Shown here: piece after piece, positions 37,151 to 49,900 of the stretch
Layout of the letters: each line of letters starts with the position of its first letter
Position numbering within the stretch: the first letter of the stretch is position 1
Source of the DNA: Tubiluchus corallicola
Lineage: Eukaryota > Animalia > Priapulida
NCBI GenBank assembly: GCA_030141605.1
Contig: JAQGDQ010000375.1
Location: 62,001 to 126,000 of the forward strand
Length of the DNA stretch: 64,000 nt
Direction of reading: 5' to 3'
Program-made: the position numbers and the translations under genes
The notes under the pieces: model-generated
Told to the model about the DNA's origin: nothing
The model's database searches: none
Seen by the model: the letters and a program-made list of their open reading frames with translations, nothing else

Positions 37151-38196
37151 AGATGCTTATTTATTTTATTTTATTCGTTTATTATTTATTTATTGGTCGA
37201 AGTAGGATAATACATTTCAAAATTATGTATTTTCTTATTACAATTACGCGGTACGCCAGGTTTCAATTATTCTCTTATTATAGGATTCGTAGTAATATAT
37301 TTGCCTATTTATTTGTTGTTTGTGCAGGTAGCTGGTATATTAAATAAATGCCACATTTTCACATCAACATTCTCCAGTTTTAACTATATTTATTACAGAT
37401 GCGTGCACACCATAAGCTGAATTCGGTTATCAAAATTTATTTGTCAATTGAACATTAAAGGATGCAACTGAGCTTATGTATAAAAATATGCTCGCTGGAA
37501 AATTGCTGGAAACGCTGTTTTTTAAATTCTGTTAACTTTGCGCCAGAATTATTTTACCGAACTATTCGCTTAGTGCCTGATGCATAAATTGGCACAAAAA
37601 GAGATTTTTTATCACCGTATTCTGCTTTCTCATTAACTGCGGACACAAAAACAACACTATTTTGAATTTCACTTCATTTATTTTTTACACCTCGCAGATA
37701 TATTTATTGTATTTTTATTCTAGGTCCTAATGTTTAGTAACCGTCTCAATGGACCACCTATTGGATTAACAGCCTGGAATTTTTTCGTTGTCGACAGATC
37801 CAAACTATTAACAGTAAGACCTGAGTCAGGTGTAGCAAATTTCCTAGCAGTTGCGAATAGAATCTTTTTTCCATTAACGGTTAATGTGTTGCTTCCTGTG
37901 ATTAGATTGTCAGGAACCAGTTCCATTAAGTCTGGCAACTGACTGAAAAAAAATGATATTTTAAGAATGTGTTTGGAAATAGCTTGAAAGTTAAGGCTGT
38001 TATATCAACCGATAGGAACATGTATTCACACGTTTGATTTGTATTAACAGAAATAACTCTTTTGCAGATTGTTAGTGCGATGATCACCTATTTCCTGGTT
38101 CTCTTGCAACTTGCGCCATCTGTGGGGAATCGCGTAAATGGTTCTAGGTTCAATTTTCATGATGGAAAAAACAATTCTTATGGAATCAACGAGTAG
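27759..38196 (+). CDS. Gustatory receptor / GR-like (7TM chemosensory ion channel family), ~462 aa; exons 27759-28859, 36899-36967, 37724-37813, 38068-38196
   Basis: Multi-TM first exon; three phase-0 introns near the 3' end; spliced C-terminus [22 protein letters not shown]|[15 protein letters not shown] carries the GR TM7 signature TYhhhhhQ(F/L); all junctions GT/AG. Confidence 0.85.
28933..29117. repeat. (TAGG)n microsatellite (continues at 29806-29880)
   Basis: Direct reading. Confidence 0.95.
29118..29805 (+). mobile_element. 5'-truncated RTE-like non-LTR retrotransposon (RT C-terminal region; ORF 29130-29786)
   Basis: [38 protein letters not shown] motifs; gatgatgat tail; candidate 10-bp TSD taggtaggca at 29108-29117 and 29806-29815. 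Confidence 0.88.
30672..30746. repeat. 19-bp minisatellite units (actgctaccatcagtgatg family)
   Basis: About 4 degenerate units matching the 36273-36692 array. Confidence 0.65.
31273..31537. mobile_element. hAT-superfamily MITE nested in the LTR element
   Basis: TIRs cagtggttcccaaa / tttgggaaccactg; perfect 8-bp TSD ctgtagtg (31265-31272, 31538-31545). Confidence 0.92.
32219..33676. mobile_element. Non-autonomous TIR element with arrays of subterminal repeats, inserted after gag
   Basis: Left array of aagtttggtac (32228-32330) mirrored by right array of gtaccaaactt/gtaccgaactt (33488-33670); ends aatgta.../...tacatt; microsatellite-rich interior. Confidence 0.7.
34289..35045 (-). mobile_element. 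BEL/Pao LTR retrotransposon gag-protease fragment, antisense inside the Gypsy element
   Basis: [10 protein letters not shown]...[19 protein letters not shown] (BEL gag), [18 protein letters not shown] knuckle and RTLALLD protease-like motif; broken by frameshifts and stops. Confidence 0.75.
36273..36692. repeat. 19-bp minisatellite array (actgctactatcagtgatg) with partial 38-bp higher-order periodicity
   Basis: About 22 imperfect units; exact 38-bp duplication around 36448-36545. Confidence 0.85.
36899..36967 (+). CDS. GR-like exon 2 ([23 protein letters not shown])
   Basis: tttcag acceptor, GAG|gtcagt donor, 69 nt, phase 0-0. Confidence 0.7.
36990..37152. repeat. (GA)n microsatellite
   Basis: Direct reading. 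Confidence 0.9.
37724..37813 (+). CDS. GR-like exon 3 ([30 protein letters not shown])
   Basis: ttctag acceptor, ACA|gtaaga donor, 90 nt, phase 0-0. Confidence 0.85.
38068..38196 (+). CDS. GR-like terminal exon ([15 protein letters not shown]...GINE*)
   Basis: tttgcag acceptor; TM7 TYxxxxxQ motif; TAG stop at 38194-38196. Confidence 0.85.
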   Translation: MVSAMITYFLVLLQLAPSVGNRVNGSRFNFHDGKNNSYGINE

Positions 38197-39354
38197 GCAT
38201 AACTTGTGATGATTTCCCGTCATTTCTAGCCGTTTTTTACTCTGCAAGCCATTTTTAAAGACATGATTTTATTCCCAGAAAGCAAGGTCTAGGGCAATTA
38301 TGTGGTGTGAAAAGTATTACCAATGTTTATGTTTCAATATAAAATGTAGTCTTCTAACACAAGATATGGCTTCTAGCACGTAATTGTGTCAGTGCGAGAA
38401 AAGGTAGAAAACAGAAAAGCAAAATTCATTATTAACGCAAATTTTGCAAGCATTAACATATATAGTTTGTTGTAATATTTTTAGTCTTTAACTACTTACA
38501 TTTTCAGCTGGGCACAGGAAAGTATGATTAAATATAAAGAAGATACATACAAAACCCATGTTTTGACAGTTTTTTTCTTAATAATTTTCATGTGTTAGAC
38601 CATGAGTCGAGTCTGGCTTAGTTAAATCGTTTAGCTAAGTCATAAGGATTCTAACGGTTCGCTTCTTTTGGGTCACATAAGCTATTAACTTAATTATGGT
38701 GGTTCTTTTCACTGTTTCCCTAAGCTACAAGTAAAGCACTATGTTATTGATGTAGTTAAGGTTTTTTAGTTAAAATTCCTAATTTAGCGTGCAGAAAAGT
38801 TTAAACTTTTTTGCCTCCCCATCTGCTGACCAAGTCGGCCTGGGTTGTCCGACAATGTGCGTGCCCATTCAAAGCAGCTTGCTTCATTTTAGCCATTTGT
38901 TGCGATTGATGATCATTGGATGAATGTCAACACGACTTTACTAGTGTGAAAACATGGAGGACGTTCTCAGAGTGTTTTTTCGGTGCTTCTGACACATACC
39001 CAAAGTTTTGTTCTGAGCATTCTTTTTTTTGCTTCACATATTCTTACCCTGGAGATTAGTATATTCAGTTTTTCCCTCGAACCTCTTATCGGTGGAATAC
39101 TTTAGTAGAGTGTTCAGCTATATCAGTGTTAACTGCACCTCGTATTATTCTATAACAAATTAGATTTTAAAAATAATATTTGTCTGAAGTTGTGTTCACA
39201 TTCCACTTTTTAGTCGTGGTTTTTTACTAACTGTCAGCACTGCAGATCTACATGGAAGCGAATTGCATAAAAAAGAAGAACAGCATACAGATGAGGAACG
39301 ATTTCGTTTGAGTCCTCCGCCAAAATAGTTAGTTGACTGAAGTTGACTTTGACG

Positions 39355-41548
39355 TTAGTATCTGCCAGCGTTGGTTGTACTTGCTTCGTTGTTTATATCA
39401 GTGGGAACTTTTAGAAGTCTTTTCTTTCGTTTTTCATTTCCACCATAGTAATTAGCTAGACAAGCTCTACAGCTGACTGCTAGCAGCACAAGAATCACAG
39501 CCCCAATAACAACTCCTACAGCGATGTAGACCGTCTCCAATGCTCCCTGACTGGCACTCGGAGCAGTGGCTGCAACGGTAACATTAGGGTTCTGAAAAAA
39601 AGCAAACGCCTATTGACAATTTGGTGTGTAAACTGTATTTATTAGTACAATGAAAATTGAAACAAAACATATATGGACATTGGACAGCTGAAAACGTTTG
39701 ACAGTACTAAATGAATGGCTAACAGGTCTATAAAAACCTATATAAAATCTTCTCATGTAAAAGAAGTCACGGCATTAAAAAAACATTGAGTAATACGATA
39801 TAATATCGCGTATTGGAGAAGAAACAGAAAGTAAAACGTGTGCAAGGAAAAAATGGCGAAGATTAGTTGAGGGAGGATGATACAAGGATATGATAGGTGT
39901 AACAATGAAGTGGATAATTAATGATACGCAGATATCGGCATATAAGATAAGGGTCTGGGATTTGGTTAGGTAGTGTTTTGTAATGCACAAAACGCTTTTA
40001 ACTGAAAATATGGTTATTTGATGCCACCAGTTTATACATTACTATTAACGAATGCATCTCGAAATGGAAGTAGAAGAAAATAAATAAGTAAATAAAAGAT
40101 GTGTTTTATAGCTGTAACTTCCTGTCAACTATATAATTAATGATGTAGTGAGTAGTCTGTGAATTATGTTACATTTTGATGTAAACACTTACGAAAGATG
40201 AAATCTTTGCTTAACATGATTAATTTGATAGATGCTAGTGTAATATCTTTACAGGACGATGACTGATGTATAATGTTAATGTTCTTATTTACTGCAATTA
40301 GAAAGGAATTAATAGTGATGAGCCGAGTATTGTAGAAACAGGGGCATTCTAGAAAGAAGTGTTTAGGATGTTTAAATGGGGCTCCATATAAACAGTTAGG
40401 AGGAATATGATTTGCGTACATATGAGCAGCTAGGAAACTAGCGTCTAGCCTCATTCTCGTAAGATGAATTGTAGCCCATTCACAATTTCACAGCGTCTGA
40501 AAAGAGGCGGTTTGAAGCGTTGGATTTTCTTTTTTCTTAATTGCGGGATTTTTCATTAAGTGCTTTAAAAAGTTCTAAATTATTCCATATAGATAATTAG
40601 AGCCTCTGGCTCTTCGTGTAGGATTTCCTTATTATTATTAATATTAACATAAAATATTAATGTATAATTATTAATATAAGTTAAATATTTCAATCATATC
40701 AATCTAAGATTAAAAGCAAAATAAAATCTTAAGTTAGCGGTCTATCTAACAGACGTAATAAACTCCAGGTTAAGAATTCGAACCTCTATGGAGCAGGTAT
40801 TAGCATGACAAATTATTAGCAGGTTCGACCATTGTCTTAGCTAAATTCTTCCAAAAGCTAGCAACTCCTTATGAAGCTATAGCACAACTTTTATTAGCTT
40901 CATAACTACGTGTTTCCTTCGTGTTTCATTTCCTTCGAATTTGGCTTGCAAAATGTCAATTTCTGAGAAATCTTACTTGAATAATTTGACATGATCTTAA
41001 TGGACCATTGTTCTTCCATTTGCCTTTTTGCTTACATAACATAGAGTAGTTTAAATATAATATGACAACAATTCTGCAAAAAAATTAATAATCTGTAATA
41101 TAATAATAATCTTTTTTAAAGTTGGCTTTTTGGATGAACAATTAACATAAACTCAAAGAGCTTTTCTCGCCGACTGTAAGTAACAGATCTACAACTACAT
41201 AAACAAAGACAATTATTACCCCTGTTTATTCTAAATACTACGCGCCAGGCAGGGCAACAGCAGGTACCATTTTTAAAGTCTTTAGTATGACCGGCCGCGG
41301 AACAGAATTCACGATCTCCCAGGCGGAAACCGGACGCGTTACCATTGTTTTCTTGATTAAATTAATTAACTTTTTATTGTCTTCGAAAAAAGAATTAAAG
41401 CACCTGTGGTAGTTTGTTAAGCATGAAAGCACCTTACCTTCGTAGAAATGTACATTAAATGATGAGCCACAGCTTTTCTCAAGGAAGTAGACCACCAAAT
41501 CAAAATAGCAGAAGTCCATTTCCAGTAGAAATTTCCTTTTTGTATCAT
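39355..41548 (-). CDS. Putative small type I membrane protein (~115 aa); exons 41548-41438 and 39591-39355
   Basis: Exon 2 has a ttttttcag acceptor, NVT sequon, TM helix VYIAVGVVIGAVILVLLAVSC and basic stop-transfer KRKKR; exon 1 (MIQKGNFYWKWTSAILIWWSTSLRKAVAHH...) ends at a phase-0 AAG|gtaagg donor. The join is inferred. Confidence 0.5.
40164..40620 (-). mobile_element. Degenerate LINE ORF2 C-terminal (CCHC-type) remnant
   Basis: TRMRLDASFLAAHMY...PNCLYGAPFKHPKHFFLECP resembles the xRLRxxxSxLxxH...CxCG...HxxxxCP tail of non-LTR ORF2. Confidence 0.6.
41238..41345 (-). mobile_element. tRNA-derived SINE fragment (core resembles MetaSINE-like sequence)
   Basis: Minus strand: degenerate tRNA-like head followed by ggccggtcatactaaagactttaaaaatggtacctgctgttgccctgcctggcgcgtag. 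Confidence 0.55.
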
Positions 41549-43840
41549 GCCGAATTTATTAAAAAAACTAAAACAAGTTCTCCAACTACAAGAATTTAAA
41601 GAAAAATTCAAATAAACACGCTGGATGTAATTGCTATTGAAAGCTTAACAACGTCTAAAGTGAGAAGAAATACTGAAACAACATCAAAAAACTGACGCCT
41701 GTGAATTTTATCTTATAATCTATACTTGCTTTTATTATAAGCTTACACATTTGATACCTCAGTGGTTCCTATAGCTACTGTTGGCAAATGCAAGTTGCCT
41801 GCCAAGCAACTGTAGTGAGATTATTGTCGTGTCTAGCTGCATGTGACATGATCCATTAAAAACTTATGCTTAGCTTAATAGCATTACGTAACTGGCTTCC
41901 TAAAATGATGGTCAGAGGGGTGGGTTTCGTTTTTCAGCGTTTTTCACTATATATTTACATAGAGTCACCCCGTGGGCTTTCGTACTAAAATAGATATTTT
42001 TTGTTTAAATGGATTCAATTCCCTTTAGAGAGTGCCAAAAAAGTGTGTGCCGTTTTTCTAATAACAACTTAATGAGAAACGGGCATTTTAGGGAATTCTG
42101 GGTCAAGATCAGGGATATGCCCGATTATACCCGATCTAAACCTGAAGATTAGGAGAAAAACGGTTTTTTATGGTGCTGATTGCGAATTTGATATTAGTTT
42201 TTCTGTATGGACGGACTCCGTTGTCGCGCAAGTTATTTTAGGGTTTTTCGGGTTCTTAAGTAGGACAGGTTGTAATATTAACTGCACAAATCTGAAAATT
42301 ACTGGAATGGGGTATTTCGTAATGCTGAATACAAATATGTACTTAGTTTTTTGTGCAGATGATACTATTGCCTAGACGAAAATCCCAGGTTAGCTCTGCT
42401 ATGTTGAATCAGTAGCTCAAATGTTGGAGAGTGACCGCATGTATCCTAAAAGCGCAATATTGTAGGACAACACTGTAAATAAAAAATGCGCCAGGGGCAG
42501 AGCTACTACTACACAAACAGTGTACATTAAATTTACAACCCGCACATACTGAATAAATCATTTTATATTTACAATATGTACACATATTTATATAAAACAT
42601 TTTGATATTACAAGATTGTAATTGGGGGAAAATGTAAATGCTCTGCATATAAATATCGTCGTTTTGGTATAAAGGATATTCAAATCTAGTTAAAACGCAT
42701 TTTTTAATTTTATTTTAAAACTGGACTGACTTATGCATGAAACTGTTTATTAAAATAACAAGCGAACATTTACAAAGTTAAAAATAACGCAAGTAAATGG
42801 CAACTTGAATTTAACACGACTAGAATAGAATACGTTAATTGTATTTGCAGGCTACGACAAACTGTACTAATTGTTATGACCTTCTGTCATATATAGCCAA
42901 ACATTTTAATCCTAGTTCATCTGATTTGTGCTATTTACATGCTAACATTTAAACAGCCAGACTAACCTTTTATAAGAAGTTGTCTGCAATTCTATTACTA
43001 CTCAGTCAATAACAGCTGGTGCTGTTTGTGTTTTGAATATAATTAACTAATTACAGTAAACGTACGGTACATAATTCAGGATACTAAAAATATGAAAATA
43101 TCACAGAATATGTTTAAGCCTAGCATTAATTAACATTGCAAAAATTGAATAATTTAATGAAAATGTTTCAACGTCTAAAAAGTAAACTCAATTATGTTTA
43201 AAAATATAATATATCATTAGACGTTGAATATAAATATCATAGCAATAATTAGATTATTAGTAATTATTACACTGACACAACCTACTGACACATTAACAGT
43301 CTGTACGTAACTATTAGTTGCATAATTAATTGCCATAGCAATAATAATATATATCACAACAATTATTACAAGTAGTTGTAAAATTCTCTGATATATCAAC
43401 AGTTATAATTATTAGCTGTGTAATTACTGACATAGCAATTATAAGATCCAATCACTCTCATCAACCGTTTGTAAAATGCACAAACTGTGAACAACATTAA
43501 TTTTTTGTTAATTTGAGATAACTCTTGCAAGCTTAGAGTATTAACTTGACATCCTAGGCATCCACGAATGAGAAAATATGTTACGAGTAATCTTTGCTGC
43601 TATAATTGTACGAGTGGGTTAACAGCTAACTTCACTTGTGATTGAAATCTACATAATATGTATTGCTGAGAAAGGCCTACTATCAAACTGGCAAAAAATT
43701 AGATATTCAAAGATTAGTAATCAGTATTTTTATACATGCACGCTGCAGTTACACATGCGTCAAATCAATAAGCCCTAATTATTTGCACTTTTTTGTGGAA
43801 ACATTTCCACAGATAAACGAAACAGTTTTCTGGTTTTCAC

Positions 43841-43911
43841 TCAGTTTCGTATGACTAGAAGTAACAGCAGTCCTAAGAAGAGACTTAAAATGGATGGCCT
43901 AAACGTCCCAC
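43841..43911 (-). CDS. ACE: ACE distal terminal exon encoding a GPI-signal-like tail ([23 protein letters not shown])
   Basis: atttatttcag acceptor; phase 1 matches the G|gtgagt donor at 46411; AATAAA at 42746-42751. Confidence 0.72.
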
Positions 43912-46900
43912 CTGAAATAAATCATTCCAGTGTGGGTTAGTGACATCATGGATCAGTCTAGAGCTGCATTCACACTGTCAATAATGTCTTGCATCGACTT
44001 CCAAACAAATTTACAAGAATAAAAAAATCCTCAAGACCACAAAGAACCGCATGGGGCCATTCACATGTAACGACATCAAGTTTAGGCAAACGCCGTTATA
44101 ATGCAGGGTTACCATTATCAGACTTCACGCTTCTTTCAATTTCATGCTTCACACTTCACCTCCACAGCTGATGCCAGTAGAATCCACTGACGGTTTCCCG
44201 TTAATTAACACAAGCAATGCTGTTCAATGTCCTTGGGAGGAGGTAGAATAAAATGTACAAAAAGCTACATCGGTGTGATATCAATATCAACATAATAGGT
44301 AGGTAAGTGGTGGGGTATATGATAATGCCATTATAATGAAAGGTAGACAGGTCCTCGAAATCAGCCGTAAACTTGATACCATTGTATGTGGATGTCCCGC
44401 ATGCTCTGTGTTGTCAAGATCAAGAAGTCCAATGCAGTTACTTGTAAGAAGTTCTTATGCTTGAATAGATATCTGCTTCACATCAATTTGTAGTCGATGC
44501 ACTGACATTGCAAATTTGGCGTTAGGTAACAGGTAGTTATGTTAAAGCCGTTCACAAAGCCAATGAAACCTAATGGAATGACATGGGGCATGCCTCATTT
44601 GAAACAAATTTATATATTGACACATCACATGCACACAAAAATGAGAAAAAATCACATTCATTAGACGAAGGTGGTCCTGACAGTGTACTTCTAATGACAC
44701 CAGTCAAAATAAGTCCACATATTAACATGTAGTGTAAAAGCACAAGTGGACAAAATCATTAAAGGTGTGAAGGAGATTAAAAGGATGCAGGATGCATCCC
44801 CCGTGTATATTCTCCTAGTGTAAATGGGTTTTAATACAAGTCAAAGCAAGCAGTAGCTAGAGTTAAAAATTAATGGTTACAAGACAAATCGAGCAAAGAT
44901 TGCAACAACAAAACATGAACAAACATTACTGACTGTTGTAAATCTCTGACTGTTCAAGCAAGAAAACAACTTTATTGATTTTTATTACTGCAAATGCAAA
45001 TTCTGTACATTCCATGTAATTTCTATCAATTATGCATGAAAATAAAAAAAATGATAGAACTAATAACACATTCCATCACCACAGCAGGCAATGTATCATT
45101 TGCTTACACATACAACTGTAAAATAGGCTTGGATTTAGTATTGCAAACTGGCAAAAAATTCTACTAATACTTCTTTAATATATACTAAGCAGTAATTCCT
45201 CTTTGGAAACAAAAAGTACAGAAACAAGTTACACAATAATTTAACTGATATATTATAGTAAACAATTATTACATCTATAAACGGAAGGCATAAAATTTAG
45301 CACCATAAGCTTAATACTGTTAAACAAAATATTTAACAAGAAAAACAGTGGGCATTTGTGTTTTGTACAGGAATCAGTAAAGCATGAAGAGGCAAAATAT
45401 AACACCATAATACTGTGAATAAAAGAGTACAGTGCACAAAACGTACATCAAGTAGAAACTGGAGGCAAAATACAGCAAGCAGTGAGCATGTGACTGTAAA
45501 GCATTCACTAACAGTATGATAACACCTGCAATTCTATACAGCCTTTTGCAATTAGATCAGTGTTTATAAGATCAGAAGTTTAATGTTGCAGGTACCAATG
45601 CAAACAACTAAATTATTCCAGTGTCAGCATTAGTTAATGTTTCAGAGAAATAGGAGTACCAAAAACATTTTTGGAAATTTTCCAGGTGCAGTAGTCCAAC
45701 ATACAATGCCAGAAGTGTTTTTGAAAACCAGCTATTACTTCAAGTGACTTTTACATCATCATACTGTTTACTCTTTCCATATTCAAGAGGAAAAGTTAAG
45801 AATAGCAGGTATTAAGCCAAACTTAGATCGATTTGTGATGCTACCCGGCTTAACTGATGGGAAACAGCCGTAGGCATGCACTTAGATAGACTGATTTCCA
45901 GCAGCTGTCCACAACTAATGCTCTTGGAAAATAATTTAAAATAACTTTCCTTCGACCATTATTAGTTGAATTTTGCAGACTTGCAAAACAAAATAACTCC
46001 CAAAGGTCACTTTTCATAAAAAAATTGGTGGTGTCCTGCCACCGAGTTCCCTCGAGTTGCAAACTATACTCAGGTTGATGTGATGGAGTGAAACTGGGTG
46101 GGTATCATATCCTGGAACTGCGTTCTGTTGCACTGAATTATAAGGTTGCATATGTCAACTGGACATACTAGCAACTGGCAGAGTGGTACCATATGCCACC
46201 AGTTCTAGTGAGTTGCCAAATCTTCAAGTGCTCTTGGCTGAGTTGCATCACAGGGTCGACCTAAGCTTGGTTTTACAGTACAACAAACTTTACAAGCAAC
46301 CTTCACCATCGTTCAGCGCATTGTTCTTATGAAATAGACCACCAACCAGCTTGAAATTCTAAAATGCAACAATGTTACACAGATGCAAGCTGCCTATGTT
46401 CATCACTCACCACTATCTCTGGGTTCGGCTGTTGTCGGCTCGGAACACTCCCACCCGATAATGAGATTGTGCTCTTCTATTTGAGTGTCCAGCCATTCAA
46501 CAAGGGGCTGAAAGTAGTCCATGAGCGCGGCCCCATCCATCGTAGGGCTGCCAGTCAATTGTTCCATAACTTCCGGCCACGGTCTTGATGAACCCATTTT
46601 AAGAGCATCTCTGAAAGACGTAGTATTAGTAACGTAAGTAGGCTCCGTGCACATACCGGGCACAGTAACTTTAGCGTCCAAGACATATAGAATCTGACAT
46701 TGCTGCTACACAATGCAAAACTGGACATTTGGACATTTTTATTGGTATTTGTTACTCATGGATCAACAGGAATAGCTAAGTGGTCAACACATGTACTTAC
46801 GGCAACCGAAATTCAGCTACATCGAGCCTGACCAGTAGGTGAATGAGTGACCACCGAAGAATTGTTCAGGGCAGCTTCTTAAGCAAAGATGTACACAAAC

Positions 46901-49900
46901 TCTCCATGTAGATCCTTCTGGTTTAGTTTCCGATTTTAGAAAATCATCTTTAATAATGAGCGAGGTTTTGGTACTGTCATAAGCATCTACATTGAGTAGG
47001 CACTGTCATAGAATGTTAAATTCAGGCTTGCAGAATGCCAAGCTGAATACAAAAACATACTGAGACAATAATTTATGTTTAAGGTTAATACGTTATCAAA
47101 TAAAGTAATCAACATACGCGAGTTTACTCCCAGCAGCTGTGCTATTGTAAATGTCGCATTTGTAGTAAGGCCCCTTGTGACCAGCTTTATCACATAGTGC
47201 TTTATGAAACTGAAATTGAATGATGTAGGAGACAAAGTATCTGAAAAATATAGGGTATAGATGAACAGTCTTAAATACTAGATTTTTGAGGTAAAATCAG
47301 TAATATAACAAAAAAAACACAGGCATGCAAAGAAAAAGGCATCAAAAACTATCCAAACCAGCCAAACTTTTGGTATGAGATTCTAACAAATAATTACATA
47401 AAATGAAGCCTAACACAAAGTTTACAGCAGTTCAACAGTACAGGAATGATCTGCAGTCAGTTATTTAGTCATTTTGCACTTAATTTAAAACTCCCGGTTA
47501 CCTGATGTATGGAACATCGCTTGGGACATGGAATTTGGCACCAGGATCAAAATGTTCCTCAGTCCTCGGTCTGACACTTTGGACACCTTGGATATTACAC
47601 CTGAATCAAAGGTGCAATAAAGTATGTTATATTTGTCCCCCTAGTTTATTTAATGAAGTTACTACATCACTTTTCACCTATTAACAAAACAGATGCAGTG
47701 GCAAGTAGGTAGGTGTGATTTTGAAATCTGACACAGTACTTTATTTTAACAACAATTACAGATGGTGATGATAATGATTGGTGATGATAATGATGATGAT
47801 AAAGCTTTTTTTTGAAAAAAATATAATACATAAATATGCAAAGAGTGCCTCAATTTACAGGCAGTTGCTTAGAAAGTTAAAATGACTTTTAAAGATTAAT
47901 ACACAGCAATACATATGTCTTTAGCTTAAAAATAAAAAACAATCCACACTACATTACAAATTTGTGCTCATAACTAAAACTGTGATTTAACGCACTCAGT
48001 ACGTTTACTATGCGTTTACCATGGACAGTTATAATTATTTCTCATTACATGTCCTTATAATTTAGCATGAATGTCTTGAGTGTCTGGCACAGCCTGTGAC
48101 CTCGAAGGATGTGATTAGAGCAGTGACCCGAAAACTCTGGTACTGATTTTTTTATTGAACTGAATGATGTGAAAATTAACTGGATCTCAACCCGCAACAC
48201 TGGAGCTATCTTAGGAAACAAAGTGATCACTTAAATGGTCCAAGAACATGCCATTATCCAAGAAACAAGTATGTGTGACATCTGCTAAATGTGTTATAGA
48301 ATGCAGAGTTCTTGAAATGTAGGCTCCTCAAAAATGTAGGCTGCGCAAAATATCCAACTTACCACAGTAAATTTTGAAGGTATAATAGATTTGCAATTCT
48401 TTCAAACATACTTAGATGTAACTAAAGATGATGATGTTTAGGTACAATAAATAAACAATAAATCATAATAAAAATTATAAAGAAATTATTCTGCACTATT
48501 ACTCATAGCTTCTTTACCCCCTAGGAAAAGGTTATTTGTATCCTGAATATAATAGTTATGGAAAGAGAATGAATATAATTCAAACATAGTTCTCATGCAG
48601 AATTCTTCACCTTCATTTATATTTAAAACCTTAATGAGACAAAAGGACAATTTTATGCATTTACTGACAATTACACAGAAATGTGATACATACCTTAAAT
48701 CCCACCATTTTTCATTGTATTGCTCACTTCCGGTTTTGCCTTCAAACACGCTCCAGCGCCATTGATCAATGAGATAACCAAATGGTAAAAATGCTATTTT
48801 GTCCAGTGCCATCCTCATTAAGAAGTTCATATCAGCCTCTATGCATAAAATATACAAAACAATTTGTTCATACAATTACATGTTTTAGCTGTCTCCAAAC
48901 TCACTTAAAACACATACTCTAACGTCAAAATGCGTAGTTCAAAAGATGTGTACTCTAAACAAAAAATCAGGTTCAAGTTTCTAGTCCAGTCACTAGCAGA
49001 GAAGTGCCTACATGGGAACATGTAATGGATCAGATATGTGTTACTTTTACCTATTGCTGTTGTCCAATCTGATCTCATTCCCAATCCGATCAACGATACT
49101 TGTACATAAACAGCATGGTGAAAGTGTAATAGATTTTTTGAAAAATTGCTTAGAATAATGACCTTAAGTGGTTATATTGATCACATTCACTAGGTATAGT
49201 ATTAATAACAAAAGGTTCAGTGAAAGTTTATTTTAGGTGTAAATAGAAAATTTAGGTTTAAAGTGAAAATTTATTTTGGGGGAAAATTCTAACATCAGTA
49301 TTGCTATTGCCGATCTCCGATTATATATCGAATCGGCACATCCCTGGTCACTAGTCATTCTCAAAACATTATTTTTGCTAATTTTTAAAGACTACAAATT
49401 CCTACAACCTGTTTAACTTCATAAAACATCTTATAAAATAAAGAAAAGATAATTTGTTTACCATAATTTTCCTGCAGTTCATGCAGTAAACCCAGCAAAT
49501 AAAGATGCTTGGGAGTTTCAACAGAAAGAGACATCAGATCTCCAATAGCTTCATGAAATCCCGGATTTGCTCCACGTCTGAATTTCACTGGTTGCTCTTT
49601 GTACTGAAGAAAATACTCCACATGCCCCATTTCATGATGTGTTGTTGATAACCAGCTCATTGTAATTTCGGTGCATTGTTTTATTCTGGAAAAAACAAAA
49701 AATGTGCTAATGTTTCAAGTGCTATCTCATAACTCGAAGAGAAGGTGCATTGTTATTAGTTGCTCTTATATCATAGTTACTGATCACCTCACAAGTACCA
49801 AGTCTTATCAACACATTTTACAAACAGCAAACTTTTACTACAGAATTTTGGTACTTAATAGTGGATTTCATTAAGTATTTAACAATGTACTGCATGCGGA

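Noticed and set aside
39355-39591. TM exon as the direct C-terminal anchor of ACE
   Set aside because: Acceptor is phase 0 while the ACE donor at 46411 is phase 1; no linker exon identified
45374-45525. Hydrophobic phase-1 frame ([10 protein letters not shown]...FMLY*) as another ACE anchor exon
   Set aside because: Weak polypyrimidine tract; hydrophobicity is explained by T-rich UTR-like sequence; no omega/spacer or stop-transfer organisation
46771-46872. Functional 5S rRNA gene
   Set aside because: Partial and heavily substituted; 5' stem missing
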